DNA of 64,000 bases from contig NC_086124.1 of NCBI RefSeq assembly GCF_963921235.1, forward strand, positions 24,118,001 through 24,182,000, read 5' to 3'. The translations under genes were made by a program, and so were the position numbers. Below the pieces are notes generated by a model. That model saw nothing but the letters and a program-made list of their open reading frames with translations, had not been told where the DNA came from and searched no databases. How positions within the stretch are numbered: the first letter of the stretch is position 1; each line of letters opens with the position of its first letter. The stretch is from Mobula hypostoma. Taxonomy: Eukaryota. Shown here one piece after another: positions 62,421 through 64,000 of this stretch.

Positions 62421-63408
62421 CAGGGGCGGCCAACGTTCTACATTCCATGCGTCAAATATTTCACGCCCAAGTTCAGATGCGCCACACAACTCTTGTACCC
62501 CCATTCAATTCCTGTAAAAATATGTTCGTATACACATCATTAGCATTTTTACATGATATATTGATTTAATATAAAACAAAATAAAGATTACTTGCCTTAA
62601 TGAGACTTTTAGCAAACATATTTCGTCTTCTTTTGATTTCTTCCTTTTTCTTAACCACATCGTCTTTCCGTAAATCAGACCTAAGCACGAGCTTCAGTTT
62701 TCCAACTATTTCAGTCTGATGTTGTGTTTTATAGTGTCTATTAAGATCATGTCTTCGTTTTCACAAACAATGCACAATGGTTTTCCTGACGGACCCGCTA
62801 TAAATAAAAACTCATTTTCCTTCTGTTCCTTGAATTCACGCTTACTATCACATTCTGCTTTTGTTTTGCACTGTGATGGGTCACTGAATGGAAAAAGAAA
62901 GCTTAGTTTTTCGAAAAGTACAAAACTGCAAATGTTCACAAAGGACGAACAAAGCATGACTCCGTAGCACACGAGTGTCAATTGTAAACTGACTGAGAAA
63001 AACCTGCAACCCACCGCTGGTGCAGACGCCTGGCGCCTCAGGTTCAAACAAGTAAGAAAGATTTATTGAACAGTTATGGAACGACTGCAGATCAAAAGTC
63101 CTTCTTTTCTAGTTTGACTTATTGAACATTTTTAAAAATTGAAAACAGATCAATGTGAAAGAAGATATCATTCGCCAAAAGATCTGCACAAAATAATAAA
63201 ATCACGAAACATAATAACTAAGTTTTAGATTTCTTCTCAGTAAAACCCATTTCTAGATCTAAGCTACTTGAATTCATGTTATAAACTTTTTTTCCTGCAG
63301 ATCTGTTTTTAGTCAATACTTTTTGCATGAGTAGGCTTACTTTTTTATTATTATCATTGGGTGCAATGCACCACTTTTGGTGCATGCGCCATAGGTTGGC
63401 CATCCCTG
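62421..63408 (-). mobile_element. Third copy of the intronic hAT
   Basis: Same TIRs; flanks cttaaggg / ctttaggc. Confidence 0.85.
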
Positions 63409-64000
63409 CTTTAGGCTGTTCTGCACAAGAACTCTCAAGTCCCTTTGCATCTCAGATGTTTCGATTTTACTCTGTTTAGAAAATAGTCTGCAGAATTATT
63501 TCTACTGATGAAGTGCAAGACCATGCATTTTCCAACATGGTATTTAATTTGCCTTTTCCATGCCCATACTCCCAAACTGTCTAAGTCCATATGAATTCAC
63601 TCTCTTTTGAGTTCTATTACCAACCTAATTTTCCCAATCTACCTGCATATTAAAATTTCCCCTTACTATCATAACATTTCCCATTTGGTACACCATTTCT
63701 GTTTCTGTTTTATTCTGCACTCTACATTTCAGTTATTGTTCTGGGAGCTGCATCTACTGCCACAGGGTCCATTTCCATTGCAGTTTCCTTACTGAACTGA
63801 CAAGGATTCAACATCTTCCGATCCAATGTCATATCTTTCTCAGTATTTGATGCCATTCTCTAACAGCAGAGCGATCCCACGTCCCCAGCCTATGTTCATA
63901 CCCTTTGGATACAATGTACAATGGAAATTCAGCTACCCACCAAACAATCTTTCATTAACGAAGCGGTGATGTCCACAAGATCGTATGTGACAATCTGTAA

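Larger units (their letters stand above)
48830..64000 (+). repeat. Tandem segmental array of SRCR exon + intron units (~3.4-3.8 kb monomers, ~7.1 kb dimer)
   Basis: 48830-50870 matches ~55885-57925; 51183-54497 matches 58238-61690; 62003-64000 again matches the 51183-type intron. Confidence 0.95.

Overview
Eukaryotic, repeat-dense (mostly transposon-derived) window, most likely from a cartilaginous fish such as a ray. That assignment is inferred from the CR1, V-SINE and Penelope families present and was not checked against a database. Host-gene content: (1) on the minus strand, a CpG-island leader exon (5341-5485) followed by a 252-nt phase-1/phase-1 exon (3908-4159) encoding a divergent MHC-fold groove domain that resembles class I alpha2 / class II beta1 and currently carries two in-frame stops; (2) on the plus strand, two near-identical CpG-island promoter + signal-peptide exon cassettes (ATG 13230 and 32734) from an ~850-bp duplication, plus a weaker third leader candidate (41035); (3) the start of a tandem array of intact single-exon group B SRCR domains (50871, 54498, 57926, 61691; DMBT1/CD163-like) in ~3.5-kb units with a ~7.1-kb higher-order period, running off the right edge. 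Transposons include a Gmr1-type Gypsy (integrase before RT) nested with a second CR1 inside a CR1, three L1-like LINEs (two with 17-bp TSDs, one full length), several hAT elements with TSDs, Tc1 remnants, solo LTRs, and Penelope-like fragments carrying minimal hammerhead ribozyme motifs, one of them as an inverted pair bounded by a 16-bp TSD. All alignments were done by eye; no searches were run.
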